Shown here in pieces: positions 1-7,531 of a DNA stretch of 47,606 bases. The stretch is from positions 1 through 47,606 of the IMG/VR virus record IMGVR_UViG_3300044445_000049; one strand, given 5' to 3'. This DNA is from a virus. Numbering within the stretch: position 1 is the first letter of the stretch; each line of letters begins with the position of its first letter. The notes below the pieces were generated by a model. It was not told where the DNA came from, did not search any database, and saw only the letters and a list, made by a program, of their open reading frames with translations. Both the position numbers and the translations under genes were made by a program.

Positions 1-127
1 GCCGGGCCTTGAGGGCGAGCATGCTCGACGTGATGTCGTCGGCCTCTTCCTCCTCGTCGGCCGCTGCCAGGCGCCCCGCTAGCTCCTTGAGGCGCGCCTC
101 AACGTCTGCGAGCTCGGCGCCGGCGCC
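1..127. repeat. Exact 127-bp terminal overlap with 47480-47606 (circular closure of the contig)
   Basis: Direct comparison: gccgggccttgagggcgagcatgctcgacg...gagctcggcgccggcgcc occurs at both ends. Confidence 0.95.
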
Positions 128-1303
128 TTGGTCGTCCACACGCCGCACGTAGCGCGTCTCCGGGGCGTCCCCTCGCGCGGCCAGGTAGCGGGCCACGACT
201 TCGCCGTCGAGTTTCCGGGCGGACATGTAGGTCTTGCGCGGGCAGGTCACCCCGCTCGAGGCGGCGGAGCACCCGTAGTTGACGTGCCCCTCCGGGTTGC
301 GCTCGGTGACGGACGTCCTGCGCGGGTAGAGCGGTCGGTCGCACCCGGAGCAGTAGGCAATCTTCGACAGGAGGCCGGAGGCGCGCCGCTTGACCTCGCC
401 GCGACGGTTGGCGTCGAAGCGCTCACGAAGGGCGAGCATCGCCTCGAGGGAGAGGATGGGCTCGAACGGTGCGAGGGGCTGGCCGTCTTCGCCGTAGAGC
501 GGGGCCCCGTTGTGCGAGACGCGGCCGAGGAGGTGCTCGGAGGTCATCGTCGATCGCACGCGGGAGCCGTTCCACCTTCCGCGGTCGAGGCCCTCGTCGG
601 GCTCCCCGCCCAGCCGTGCGATACGGGCCGCCGAGCGAGCCTTCGCGACCCCTCGGGCGTTGAGTTCGTCGGCGAGCTTGACGGTGGACTCGCCCGCGAT
701 GAGGCGCTCGGCCAACTCACGGACGATGTCGGCCTCCTCCGGGATGACGTGGAGGCCACGGCCTACGGGGAGGGTCGGGTGCGGGCCGGTGCGGTAGCCG
801 AAGGGCGGGACGCCGTGCCCCGCGTTGCGGCCCTGACGTCGCATGCGGTCGCGCGCCGCGGTCTGGCGGCTCGAGACGAGGTCGCGCTCGCGCTTCGCCA
901 TGTCGGCCGCGAACGCTGCGCGGAGCTGCCAGTCGGGCTGTGTGGACTCGATGCCCTCTCGAGCGGCGATGAAGGTGGCCGGGTGCGGGGTCTTGGCGCG
1001 GGCGTCGACGACCTCGATGAGCGCGGCGAGGGTCTTGATACCCATGCGGCTCCATCGGTCGTAGGCGTAGACGGCGAGGATATCGGCGTCCCCGCGGGCC
1101 CACAGGTCGTAGGCCGCCTGGGCGTTCTCGCGCTCCTTGCCGCCCGACTTGCCGTTGTCGGTGAAGGTGGCGACGACGTCCCAGCCCGCTCGCTCGGCGA
1201 TGACCGAGAGGTCGTCGGTCTGGCCGGTGATCGAGGTGGAGCGCGCGGACTCCTTCGAGAGGCGGACGTAGAGCACGGCGCGGAGGGGCTTGGGATCGGT
1301 CAT
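1..1303 (-). CDS. int: Large serine recombinase (integrase). First 1303 nt of a 1509-nt ORF that leaves the left edge and continues at 47479->47274 on the circular map.
   Basis: ATG at 1303. MTDPKPLRAVLYVRLSKESARSTSITGQ (catalytic Ser motif), recombinase domain, Cys-rich zinc ribbon CSGCDRPLY..YGCSAASSGVTCP, coiled coil. High-GC3 frame. Missing from the ORF track only because no stop lies on this side of the window. Confidence 0.9.
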   Translation of the reverse strand, partial: MTDPKPLRAVLYVRLSKESARSTSITGQTDDLSVIAERAGWDVVATFTDNGKSGGKERENAQAAYDLWARGDADILAVYAYDRWSRMGIKTLAALIEVVDARAKTPHPATFIAAREGIESTQPDWQLRAAFAADMAKRERDLVSSRQTAARDRMRRQGRNAGHGVPPFGYRTGPHPTLPVGRGLHVIPEEADIVRELAERLIAGESTVKLADELNARGVAKARSAARIARLGGEPDEGLDRGRWNGSRVRSTMTSEHLLGRVSHNGAPLYGEDGQPLAPFEPILSLEAMLALRERFDANRRGEVKRRASGLLSKIAYCSGCDRPLYPRRTSVTERNPEGHVNYGCSAASSGVTCPRKTYMSARKLDGEVVARYLAARGDAPETRYVRRVDDQGAGAELADVEARLKELAGRLAAADEEEEADDITSSMLALKAR

Positions 1304-1306
1304 GGA

Positions 1307-1336
1307 GAGGAGACCGCCCCGCGTGGGGAGGTTGCC
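1307..1336 (-). promoter_or_regulatory. Class II promoter-like motif (copy 1), directly before int
   Basis: Minus strand: AGGCAAC-CTCCCCACGCGG-GGCGGTCTCCTCTCC-ATG. GTCT lies 7 nt before the ATG and there is no SD. Confidence 0.6.
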
Positions 1337-1342
1337 TAGAGG

Positions 1343-1396
1343 AGTAACGCCCTTAGTTGTCATCTAAGAACTTTGGCGGACGCTAAAGGCGTAAGT
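1343..1396. other. Candidate attP: imperfect dyad in a low-GC patch upstream of int
   Basis: AGTAACGCCCTTAG (1343-1356) versus the reverse complement of CTAAAGGCGTAAGT (1383-1396) matches at 11 of 14 positions. The centre is near 1369/1370. Confidence 0.25.
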
Positions 1397-1429
1397 CAAC
1401 AGACACTCCGTGCCGCGTGAATACGCGGA

Positions 1430-1466
1430 AAGGCCCCCACTCCGTTTCGCACGGGGCGGGGGCCTT
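1430..1466 (-). terminator. Stem-loop terminator after gene 1494-1805
   Basis: AAGGCCCCC...GGGGGCCTT, 9-bp GC stem. The minus-strand tail is TTCC. Confidence 0.55.
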
Positions 1467-1493
1467 CTCTGTTGCCGGGGTGGGGCGGAGGGG

Positions 1494-1805
1494 CTACGGC
1501 TTCGAGGCCCAGCGCTCGAGCCACGCCGCGACCTCGGCGGGTTGCATGACGTCCTGCTCGACCTTGTGCGGGGCGTCGCCGCGCCGGGCGATGATGTCGA
1601 CGAGGTCGTCGCGGAAGACGAGGACGACGGTGCCCGAGTCCGACTCGCCCCACCCGACGTAGATGAGGGTGCGTACCGAGGGCTGTTCGGGGAGCGAGGC
1701 GTCACGCCAGCGCTCACTCTCGAGGAGCGTGCGCAGCCCGGGAACGGTCGGCAGGTAGGTACGGGGGTCGGCGTCCGCGTCGGGGCGGCCGAAGGTGTCA
1801 GTCAT
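1494..1805 (-). CDS. Hypothetical protein (103 aa)
   Basis: Internal ATG at 1805 of track ORF 1494..1904 (MTDTFGRPDADADPRTY..). High GC3, weak SD. Confidence 0.55.
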   Translation of the reverse strand: MTDTFGRPDADADPRTYLPTVPGLRTLLESERWRDASLPEQPSVRTLIYVGWGESDSGTVVLVFRDDLVDIIARRGDAPHKVEQDVMQPAEVAAWLERWASKP

Positions 1806-1867
1806 TGGAGCGGGTCTCATTTCTCGAGTTGGCGTTTCAGAGAGTACAGGCGGCGAGGAGGTCGACG

Positions 1868-2149
1868 TCAGCGTCGACGGTCGCGGGCGTCCTCGTTGGT
1901 CCAAACGCCCTCACGGAAGAGGAGGATTGTGACCACGACGGAGACGCGAGCGTCCCAGACGACGCAGAGGTCGCCGAGGACGTATCGCCCGAGTCCCCGA
2001 TGCGGGTGCGAAGACCCTTTCAGGAGCACTTCTGCTACCTCCCGCTCGCTGACGTGACGCTCCCGCATGACGTTTCGGGCATGGAAGGAGATTCGCGCCT
2101 CGAGGAGGTCTTCCTTCGTAATGCGCGGGTTCGGCTTGGGGTCGGTCAT
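1868..2149 (-). CDS. DUF4258-like putative toxin (93 aa), leaderless
   Basis: MTDPKPNPRITKEDLLEARISFHARNVMRERHVSEREVAEVLLKG resembles the H..R...R.IS..EV signature. The ATG at 2149 lies 7 nt after the TACCGT -10 element. Confidence 0.55.
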   Translation of the reverse strand: MTDPKPNPRITKEDLLEARISFHARNVMRERHVSEREVAEVLLKGSSHPHRGLGRYVLGDLCVVWDARVSVVVTILLFREGVWTNEDARDRRR

Positions 2150-2156
2150 AGCCACC

Positions 2157-2185
2157 ACGGTACTCGCGCAAGAATGTTCGCGCAA
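2157..2185 (-). promoter_or_regulatory. Class I sigma-A-like promoter (copy d)
   Basis: Minus strand: TTGCGC-N17-TACCGT with TGCGCGAG immediately 5' of the -10. Confidence 0.6.
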
Positions 2186-2202
2186 GAACACTCGCGCAAG
2201 GA
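2161..2202. repeat. 3 x 14-bp tandem repeat (nnyTCGCGCAAGrA) overlapping promoter d
   Basis: tactcgcgcaagaa / tgttcgcgcaagaa / cactcgcgcaagga. Confidence 0.8.
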
Positions 2203-2210
2203 GGAACGCG

Positions 2211-2241
2211 AAAGGCCCCCACCTCCGAAGAGGCAGGGGCC
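2211..2241 (-). terminator. Rho-independent terminator
   Basis: Minus strand: GGCCCCTGCCTC-TTCG-GAGGTGGGGGCC followed by TTTCG. Confidence 0.7.
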
Positions 2242-2258
2242 AGGTAGGGGAGCGTCCG

Positions 2259-2546
2259 CTAGGAGCGCACGACCTTCGCGCGCTCGTCGACGAAGAGGAC
2301 GACGGAGTCGGTCTTGCCGCGGGTGTTGACGACGTAGATGATGCCGCCGATGAGCGTGAAGAGGGTTAGGAGGGCGACAATCCAGGCGCGCACGCGGCGG
2401 GGTCGGGTCAGCGTGGCCGAGAGGCCGTCGCCGGAGAGGGTGACGGAGTAGCCATCGCCGCGGTAGCGACGGAGGGCCTTGGTGAGTGCTGCCCGGCGCT
2501 CGTCGTCCGTGGGGGCCGCGGGCGGGGTCTTGGTGAGGTCGGTCAT
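2259..2546 (-). CDS. Membrane protein (95 aa)
   Basis: ATG at 2546 after GAAAGG (MTDLTKTPPAAP..). One hydrophobic helix: WIVALLTLFTLIGGIIYVV. Confidence 0.6.
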   Translation of the reverse strand: MTDLTKTPPAAPTDDERRAALTKALRRYRGDGYSVTLSGDGLSATLTRPRRVRAWIVALLTLFTLIGGIIYVVNTRGKTDSVVLFVDERAKVVRS

Positions 2547-2596
2547 GCTGTGGCCTTTCGTCGACGTTGGCTTGCGCGAGCCTAGCGCACACATGC

Positions 2597-3262
2597 TCAC
2601 GCGATGGCCTTGGCGAGCACGCGCTCGACCGTCGTCTTACCGACGCCGACCTCCTCGGCAATCTGGCGAAGGCTCTTGCGCTGCGCACGGAGGGCGACGA
2701 TGCGCTCGTCGCGAGGCAAGGGTGCGGGCTCCGGCCCGGCGTCCGGCCCCGGCTCGACGACCTCGTCGGCGGCCCAGAGCCGTCCCGTCGTGATGGCCCA
2801 GGGGTCGGCGGGGGCATCACCGGCTTTGACGGTCAGGGGCGGGGCGATGATGAGACGGGCGAGGGTGTGCGTCGTCAGCAGCACCGCCACAGGGGCGAGT
2901 CCCGCGATGACCGCGCCGAGTCCCGCTCGAGGGTCGCCCTGTCCCGCGTCCCAGGCGTGGGCGGCGTTGGCGGCCACGGAGAGCGCCGTGAAGAGGGACA
3001 GCGAGAGCCAGGCCATGCGGGCGCTCTCGCCCCGAGCGCGGAAGACCAGGGCCGCGAGCGTGTAGACGAGGATCGCGCCGTCGATGGTGACGGGGACGGC
3101 CCAGGACAGCCAGGTCGGCACAGCGGCCCACGCGGCGACCGCGACGAGCCCCGCATAGGAGAGGAGGAAGGACGCCAGAGCGAGGAGGATGGTGATGCCG
3201 ACGGCCAGGTACAGGACACCGCGCGAGTCCGGGTTGATCCGGGCGGGGGAGTGAGCGGTCAT
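2597..3262 (-). CDS. Polytopic membrane protein (DUF2637-like) with a C-terminal helix-turn-helix
   Basis: ATG at 3262 (ATGA overlap with the upstream gene). About 4 TM helices. C-terminal HTH: RKSLRQIAEEVGVGKTTVERVLAKA. Confidence 0.65.
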   Translation of the reverse strand: MTAHSPARINPDSRGVLYLAVGITILLALASFLLSYAGLVAVAAWAAVPTWLSWAVPVTIDGAILVYTLAALVFRARGESARMAWLSLSLFTALSVAANAAHAWDAGQGDPRAGLGAVIAGLAPVAVLLTTHTLARLIIAPPLTVKAGDAPADPWAITTGRLWAADEVVEPGPDAGPEPAPLPRDERIVALRAQRKSLRQIAEEVGVGKTTVERVLAKAIA

Positions 3263-3537
3263 CGGCTGCCCACCTCGACGGGCTCGCACACGGGACAGAC
3301 GGCGTAGGCATCCAGCCCGTCGCCGTTCTCACGCTCTGAGGTGGGCACGGTGCAACCCCACGACCACGTCTCGTGAGTGAGGTGCGCTACAGGCGCAGGG
3401 GCCGCCTCGGCTACGCGCTCCCAGAGTTGACCGCGAGCGACCTCGAGGAAACCGCGGTTGGTGCCGGGGCGCTGCCACGACTCGACGACGAGGCCGACGG
3501 TGAAGTAGTCGCCTGGCAGGTAAACAGTGGCGGTCAT
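3259..3537 (-). CDS. Hypothetical protein (92 aa)
   Basis: ATGA-coupled start at 3537 (MTATVYLPGDYFTVGLVVESW..). High GC3. Confidence 0.6.
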   Translation of the reverse strand: MTATVYLPGDYFTVGLVVESWQRPGTNRGFLEVARGQLWERVAEAAPAPVAHLTHETWSWGCTVPTSERENGDGLDAYAVCPVCEPVEVGSR

Positions 3538-3665
3538 CGGCGGGCCTTTCGATTGGCGCGAGCTGCGCGATTGATGCGAGCGGCGTGGGGCAGGAGGAAG
3601 GCGGCCCATGCCAGGCCGGCGAGGGCCGGGCCGAGAGCGCCGAGGTCATCGGGGTAGAGGGGCAT
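3534..3665 (-). CDS. Small membrane protein (43 aa)
   Basis: ATG at 3665 after ACGGAG. MPLYPDDLGALGPALAGLAWAAFLLPH.. Confidence 0.4.
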   Translation of the reverse strand: MPLYPDDLGALGPALAGLAWAAFLLPHAARINRAARANRKARR

Positions 3666-3719
3666 CGTGGGACGCTCCGTTTCGAGTCGAGGAGGTAGAG
3701 CGGGGAAGGTCTGCGCGCC

Positions 3720-3748
3720 ACGGTACTCGCGCAAACATTTGAGCGCAA
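3720..3748 (-). promoter_or_regulatory. Class I sigma-A-like promoter (copy a)
   Basis: Minus strand: CTTGCGCTCAAATGTTTGCGCGAGTACCGT (TTGCGC-N17-TACCGT). Confidence 0.6.
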
Positions 3749-3763
3749 GTGATGGGACGCCAG

Positions 3764-3793
3764 AAGGCCCCCGCCCGGGACGGGGCAGGGGCC
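3764..3793 (-). terminator. Stem-loop terminator after 3801-4043
   Basis: GGCCCC.GCCCG / CGGGC.GGGGCC stem with minus-strand tail TTCTGG. Confidence 0.55.
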
Positions 3794-3800
3794 AGCGGGC

Positions 3801-4043
3801 CTACGAGCGTCGGCCGCGGGGACGCCAGGCGGGGTCGTGCTTGCGAGCGAGGAAGGACGCCACGCTCTCGCGAGGCCCGTGGGGCTTGGGGCGCACGGAC
3901 TCGGGCGGGAACTCGCGCTGGTAGTAGCGGCCCGTCGATCGCGTGTGGAAGCCGACTGTTACGGCGTCGGTGTGGCCGTCGATGCTCACGACATAGCCCT
4001 CGCCGAGGGGCGTGAGGACGTGGTGGGACACCGGGACAGTCAC
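3801..4043 (-). CDS. Hypothetical small beta-rich protein (80 aa), coupled to the sigma gene
   Basis: GTG at 4043 overlaps the sigma stop (GTGA). MTVPVSHHVLTPLGEGYVVSIDGHTDAVTVGF.. Confidence 0.6.
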   Translation of the reverse strand: MTVPVSHHVLTPLGEGYVVSIDGHTDAVTVGFHTRSTGRYYQREFPPESVRPKPHGPRESVASFLARKHDPAWRPRGRRS

Positions 4044-4873
4044 TCGGACGCCTCCGGGACGTTGAGGGCCTTGCGCATGGTCGACAGGCCCTCGGCGCGG
4101 ATGCGCTGCACCTTCGAGCGCGAGTATCCGCGGCGGTGGGCAATCTCGGCGTCGGGGATCGGGTCATACTCGGTGAAGCCGTAGGCGTCCCGGATGACGT
4201 CCCCGGTGATGACGTCGACGGCCGCGAAGGCCTTGGCGACGTCGGCACGCTGCTCGACGGTCGAGTAGCCGCGCTCAACCGTGAGTGAAGAGGTGCGGGG
4301 CTCGGAGTCGAAGTTGTTGCCCGCGCCGTGCGGGGCGTATGCGCGGTCGTTCGCCTTCTCGAGCCCTCCGCCGATCAGGTCGTCGAGGCTCTGCGCGTCG
4401 AGGGCTTCCTTGACTGCGCGGAAAGTCTCCCGGGTCATGCCGAGCTCGAGAGCCTTCGCCTCGGCGTCACCGTCGGGGCCCGCCTCGCGCCGCGCCTGGG
4501 TGAAGCGCTGCCGCGTGCGAGCCGGGATGGCGAAGCCGCCGACGAGGTGGTGCTCGTCGGCGACGCGGAGGGCGGCCTTGGGGAGCCGGAATGCCACGCG
4601 CTCGCCCGTCTGGCACTCGTGAACCGCCTCGGCGAACGCGAGGAGAACGTTGGCGCGGGTTTCGAGGGCGTCCACATGGCCGGCGGCTCGCGCGTACTCC
4701 TGCTCGACGAGCGCGCGGAGGCCGTGGGCGTACTGCATGAGGAGCGTCTCGTAGGCGCCGAGGTCGCCATCCTGAGCCGCGCGAATGAGGCGCGTCTCTT
4801 CGGCGTGCTCGAGCTTCTCCCGGGTGACGAGCTTGTCATCGAAGATCGCGCGGAGCGTCGTGTGAGCGGTCAT
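4040..4873 (-). CDS. Sigma-70-family RNA polymerase sigma factor (277 aa; regions 2, 3 and 4)
   Basis: Region 2-like EETRLIRAAQDGDLGAYETLLMQYAHGLRALV. Region 4.2 HTH IAHRRGYSRSKVQRIRAEGLSTMRKAL. SD AAGAGGGA before the ATG at 4873. Confidence 0.8.
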   Translation of the reverse strand: MTAHTTLRAIFDDKLVTREKLEHAEETRLIRAAQDGDLGAYETLLMQYAHGLRALVEQEYARAAGHVDALETRANVLLAFAEAVHECQTGERVAFRLPKAALRVADEHHLVGGFAIPARTRQRFTQARREAGPDGDAEAKALELGMTRETFRAVKEALDAQSLDDLIGGGLEKANDRAYAPHGAGNNFDSEPRTSSLTVERGYSTVEQRADVAKAFAAVDVITGDVIRDAYGFTEYDPIPDAEIAHRRGYSRSKVQRIRAEGLSTMRKALNVPEASE

Positions 4874-4912
4874 GGTGGTCCCTCTTTCGTTGGGTGTTGC
4901 GGGCGTGTTTGA

Positions 4913-4930
4913 GCGCGCGAATATGCGCGC
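4913..4930. promoter_or_regulatory. GCGCGC-GAATAT-GCGCGC stem-loop/palindrome 40 nt upstream of the sigma start
   Basis: Seen directly. A related GCGCGCGAATA is also present near 43705. Confidence 0.3.
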
Positions 4931-5074
4931 GACGTCGCCATGAAGGCGCGACGAATAGCGCTAGGGAGCGGGTGCGGTCGACGACGGCGGGAGGGCGCAA
5001 TGAAGAAGCGCTTGGCGCGTGGACGCGACGGCACCCGCTCTAGCGGGCGTGCGGGGTCAGTCAGGGCGGCAGAG

Positions 5075-5094
5075 CCCGCGCAACGGTGCGCGGG
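5075..5094. promoter_or_regulatory. Perfect 8-bp stem with tetraloop in the sigma upstream region
   Basis: CCCGCGCA-ACGG-TGCGCGGG. Confidence 0.3.
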
Positions 5095-5219
5095 ATGCTC
5101 GGCCCTGGGGATGGGCGAGGTGGGTTCCTCGTGTTAGGGAGGAGGTGCCGAGGACGGGTAGTCCACTAGCAGATACACCCTATCGCGTTTGAACCTTTGC
5201 GCGAGTACCTTCGCGCGTG

Positions 5220-5552
5220 TTACGCCCGCTCGCCCGCCCATTCTTGGAGAGCGGCCTCGAGACGGTCCGCCGCCCCGTCCGCCGACCCTCGCATTTGCTC
5301 GAGGAGGGTCTCGGCCTCGATGACCGCGGCGCGGACCTTGAGCCGTCGCTCGTCGGTCGCGGTGTCGAGGGTGGGGTTGGAGACGAGGCCCGAGGCTCGC
5401 TCGGTCGTGTCGTTGCGCTTCGAGGGAGCCGCGGGCGGGAGCCATTGCACGTCGGAGGCGTGGCCGAGGTTCTCGCCGAGCCGGATGAGGGAGGCACCCG
5501 CGGAGCGGATCAAGTCGCCGTGGTGTGACATGTAGTTGTCTTTCGGGGTCAT
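5220..5552 (-). CDS. Hypothetical protein (110 aa)
   Basis: ATG at 5552 (MTPKDNYMSHHGDLIRSAGASLIRLGE..). Very high GC3. The longer track ORF 5220..6284 overlaps the Pol gene and is rejected. Confidence 0.65.
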   Translation of the reverse strand: MTPKDNYMSHHGDLIRSAGASLIRLGENLGHASDVQWLPPAAPSKRNDTTERASGLVSNPTLDTATDERRLKVRAAVIEAETLLEQMRGSADGAADRLEAALQEWAGERA

Positions 5553-5668
5553 GTCTTTCTCTACGCCTGAGTGGGCAGAGATTCGAGGGTTGACCGTGAT
5601 ACGCCCACGGGAGGGCTGGGATAAGCCCTCACGGGGTGTTACGCGGATGAAAGGTCGATCGGAAGGGC

Positions 5669-7531
5669 TCAGGCCGCGTCGAGGCCCTCGGGGATGCCGT
5701 AGCCGGAGCCCCAGGAGCGGCCGTAGACCTCGGGGTCGCTGACGATCGGGATGGAGTAGAAGGTCGACTCCATGAGTCGGCCGATTTCCCGGATGACGTC
5801 CTCGGCGTCGGCCTTGGGGGCCTGAGCGATGAGTTCGTCGTGCACGGGGAGGAGGAGCGTGTCGCCGAGCCCCGCGTCGAAAATGTCGACGATGGCTTGC
5901 GCGAGGAGGTCGCGGGCCGTCGACTGGACGACGTAGTTGGTCGCGGCGTAAAGCCGGTCCCGGTCGAGGGGGAGGTGCCGCCCGGAGACGGTGACGACCT
6001 CGCGCTTGCCGTACTGCGCCCGGTTCTGCAGCTTGGCGCCGTAGCGCTTGATGCCCGGGAAGGTCGCGTCGTAGGCGCCCATGGCGGGGCGGACGTCGTC
6101 GATGGGCACGCCGGTCTGGCGGGACACCGTGGCCGCGCCTCCGCCGTAGACCTTGCCGAAGCCGATGGCCTTGGCGACCTTTCGTTGCCGCTTCGTGAAG
6201 TCCGGGCCGAACACTCGAGCGGCGGTGAAGTCGTGGAGGTCGGTCCCCGACTTGATCGCCTCCATGAGCGTCTTGTCCTGGCACAGGGCCGCGAGCACGC
6301 GCATTTCGACCTGGGAGTAGTCGGCCGCGATGATGAGGTTGCCGGGGTCCGCGATGAGGGCCCGTCGAATCTGCCAGTCACCCGAGGGGAGCTGCTGTAG
6401 CGGCGGGCGGCTGATCGACATGCGGGCCGTGCGGGCCTGTAGGCCGCCGATGAACGGGTGGAGTCGGTCCGTCGAGTCCTTGAGGTCGAGGAAGGCCCCG
6501 ACGTAGGACTTGCGCCACTTGTCCGCGCGCTTCGACCGGAGGACGGCGTCGGCGAGCGGGTTAGGGGTGCGCGCCTCGATCCGCTGCCATTGGTCGTCGA
6601 GGTCGGCGAGGGGCATGAGGACGCCCTTGTCGACCTTCCAGTTGCCCGCGTCGGTGCGCTCAGTCAGCGCCTCGCCCATGCCGAGGAGGGCCTCGGAGAC
6701 CTGGGCCGTTGAGCCGACCTTCTCAACGCCGTAGCGCCGGGCAACGGCCGCGAACTTCTCGGCCTCGGTCTCGAGGCTGGCGTCGAGCTGCTGGACGTAG
6801 GGGACGTCGATGAGGAAGCCTCGCCGCTCCATGACCATGAGGAGGCCTTGGAGGTGATGCTCGAACTTCGACAGGCCGCCCATGCCGAGTTCCTTGACCG
6901 TCGGCGCGAGTTCATCGAAGAGGCGGGAGCCGAGGATGACGTCGAGGCCGGCGTAGCGCACATAGGTCGGATGGTCGATCGGGATGAAGCGCCAGCCGTT
7001 GTCCTTCGTGCAGAGCTTCCCGTCGTCGTCGCGGATCGTGCGGAAGACGGCGTTGAGTCCCTCGCCCGTGTCCGGGGCGGAGTCGTCGACGTAGATGGCC
7101 GAGAGCGGCTTGAGGCCGAGCCCGGCGCCACCCTCGTCGGGCTGCCGAGGGTCGAGGAGGTGGGCAAAGATGCGGGTATCGAAGGTCCGCGCGTTGAGTT
7201 CCTCGATCGTGACGCCGACGTGCCGGTCGATGACCTTGAGGTCGAACGGGGCGTTGTGCGCCGTGAAGAATCGGGGCTGACGAAGGACCTGGCGGATGAC
7301 GTCGAGGAAGAGGTCGGCACGGAGGACCCATGCCTCGCGGCCGTTGCCGACCTGGAAGAGGCGGAGCTCGAAGCCGGGCGAGTAAATGTCGAGTCCGGTC
7401 GTCTCCGTGTCGATGCAGAGCACCTTGTCGCCCTGGCCGAGGAAGGCCCAGAGTCCGGCGAGTTCGGAGCGGCGCTCGGGCATGAAGATCGAGCACTCAT
7501 CACCCGCGATGTTGTGGGTGTAGTGGATCAC
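5669..7531 (-). CDS. Family A DNA polymerase (Pol I-like) with a 3'-5' exonuclease domain
   Basis: Exo motifs CIDTETTGLD and AHNAPFDL. Pol motif A ADYSQVEMRVLA, motif B RQRKVAKAIGFGKVYGGG, motif C LPVHDELI. Confidence 0.95.
   Translation of the reverse strand: MIHYTHNIAGDECSIFMPERRSELAGLWAFLGQGDKVLCIDTETTGLDIYSPGFELRLFQVGNGREAWVLRADLFLDVIRQVLRQPRFFTAHNAPFDLKVIDRHVGVTIEELNARTFDTRIFAHLLDPRQPDEGGAGLGLKPLSAIYVDDSAPDTGEGLNAVFRTIRDDDGKLCTKDNGWRFIPIDHPTYVRYAGLDVILGSRLFDELAPTVKELGMGGLSKFEHHLQGLLMVMERRGFLIDVPYVQQLDASLETEAEKFAAVARRYGVEKVGSTAQVSEALLGMGEALTERTDAGNWKVDKGVLMPLADLDDQWQRIEARTPNPLADAVLRSKRADKWRKSYVGAFLDLKDSTDRLHPFIGGLQARTARMSISRPPLQQLPSGDWQIRRALIADPGNLIIAADYSQVEMRVLAALCQDKTLMEAIKSGTDLHDFTAARVFGPDFTKRQRKVAKAIGFGKVYGGGAATVSRQTGVPIDDVRPAMGAYDATFPGIKRYGAKLQNRAQYGKREVVTVSGRHLPLDRDRLYAATNYVVQSTARDLLAQAIVDIFDAGLGDTLLLPVHDELIAQAPKADAEDVIREIGRLMESTFYSIPIVSDPEVYGRSWGSGYGIPEGLDAA

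Noticed and set aside
5183-5211. Plus-strand class I-like elements (TCGCGT-N17-TACCTT at 5183-5211 and TCGCGT-N17-TATGGG at 46248-46276) as promoters of antisense transcripts.
   Set aside because: There is no plus-strand gene or clean terminator downstream, and the -35 is poor. They may simply reflect a regulator site (TGCGCGAGTA) that works in either orientation. I kept this as a note under the class I finding rather than as features.
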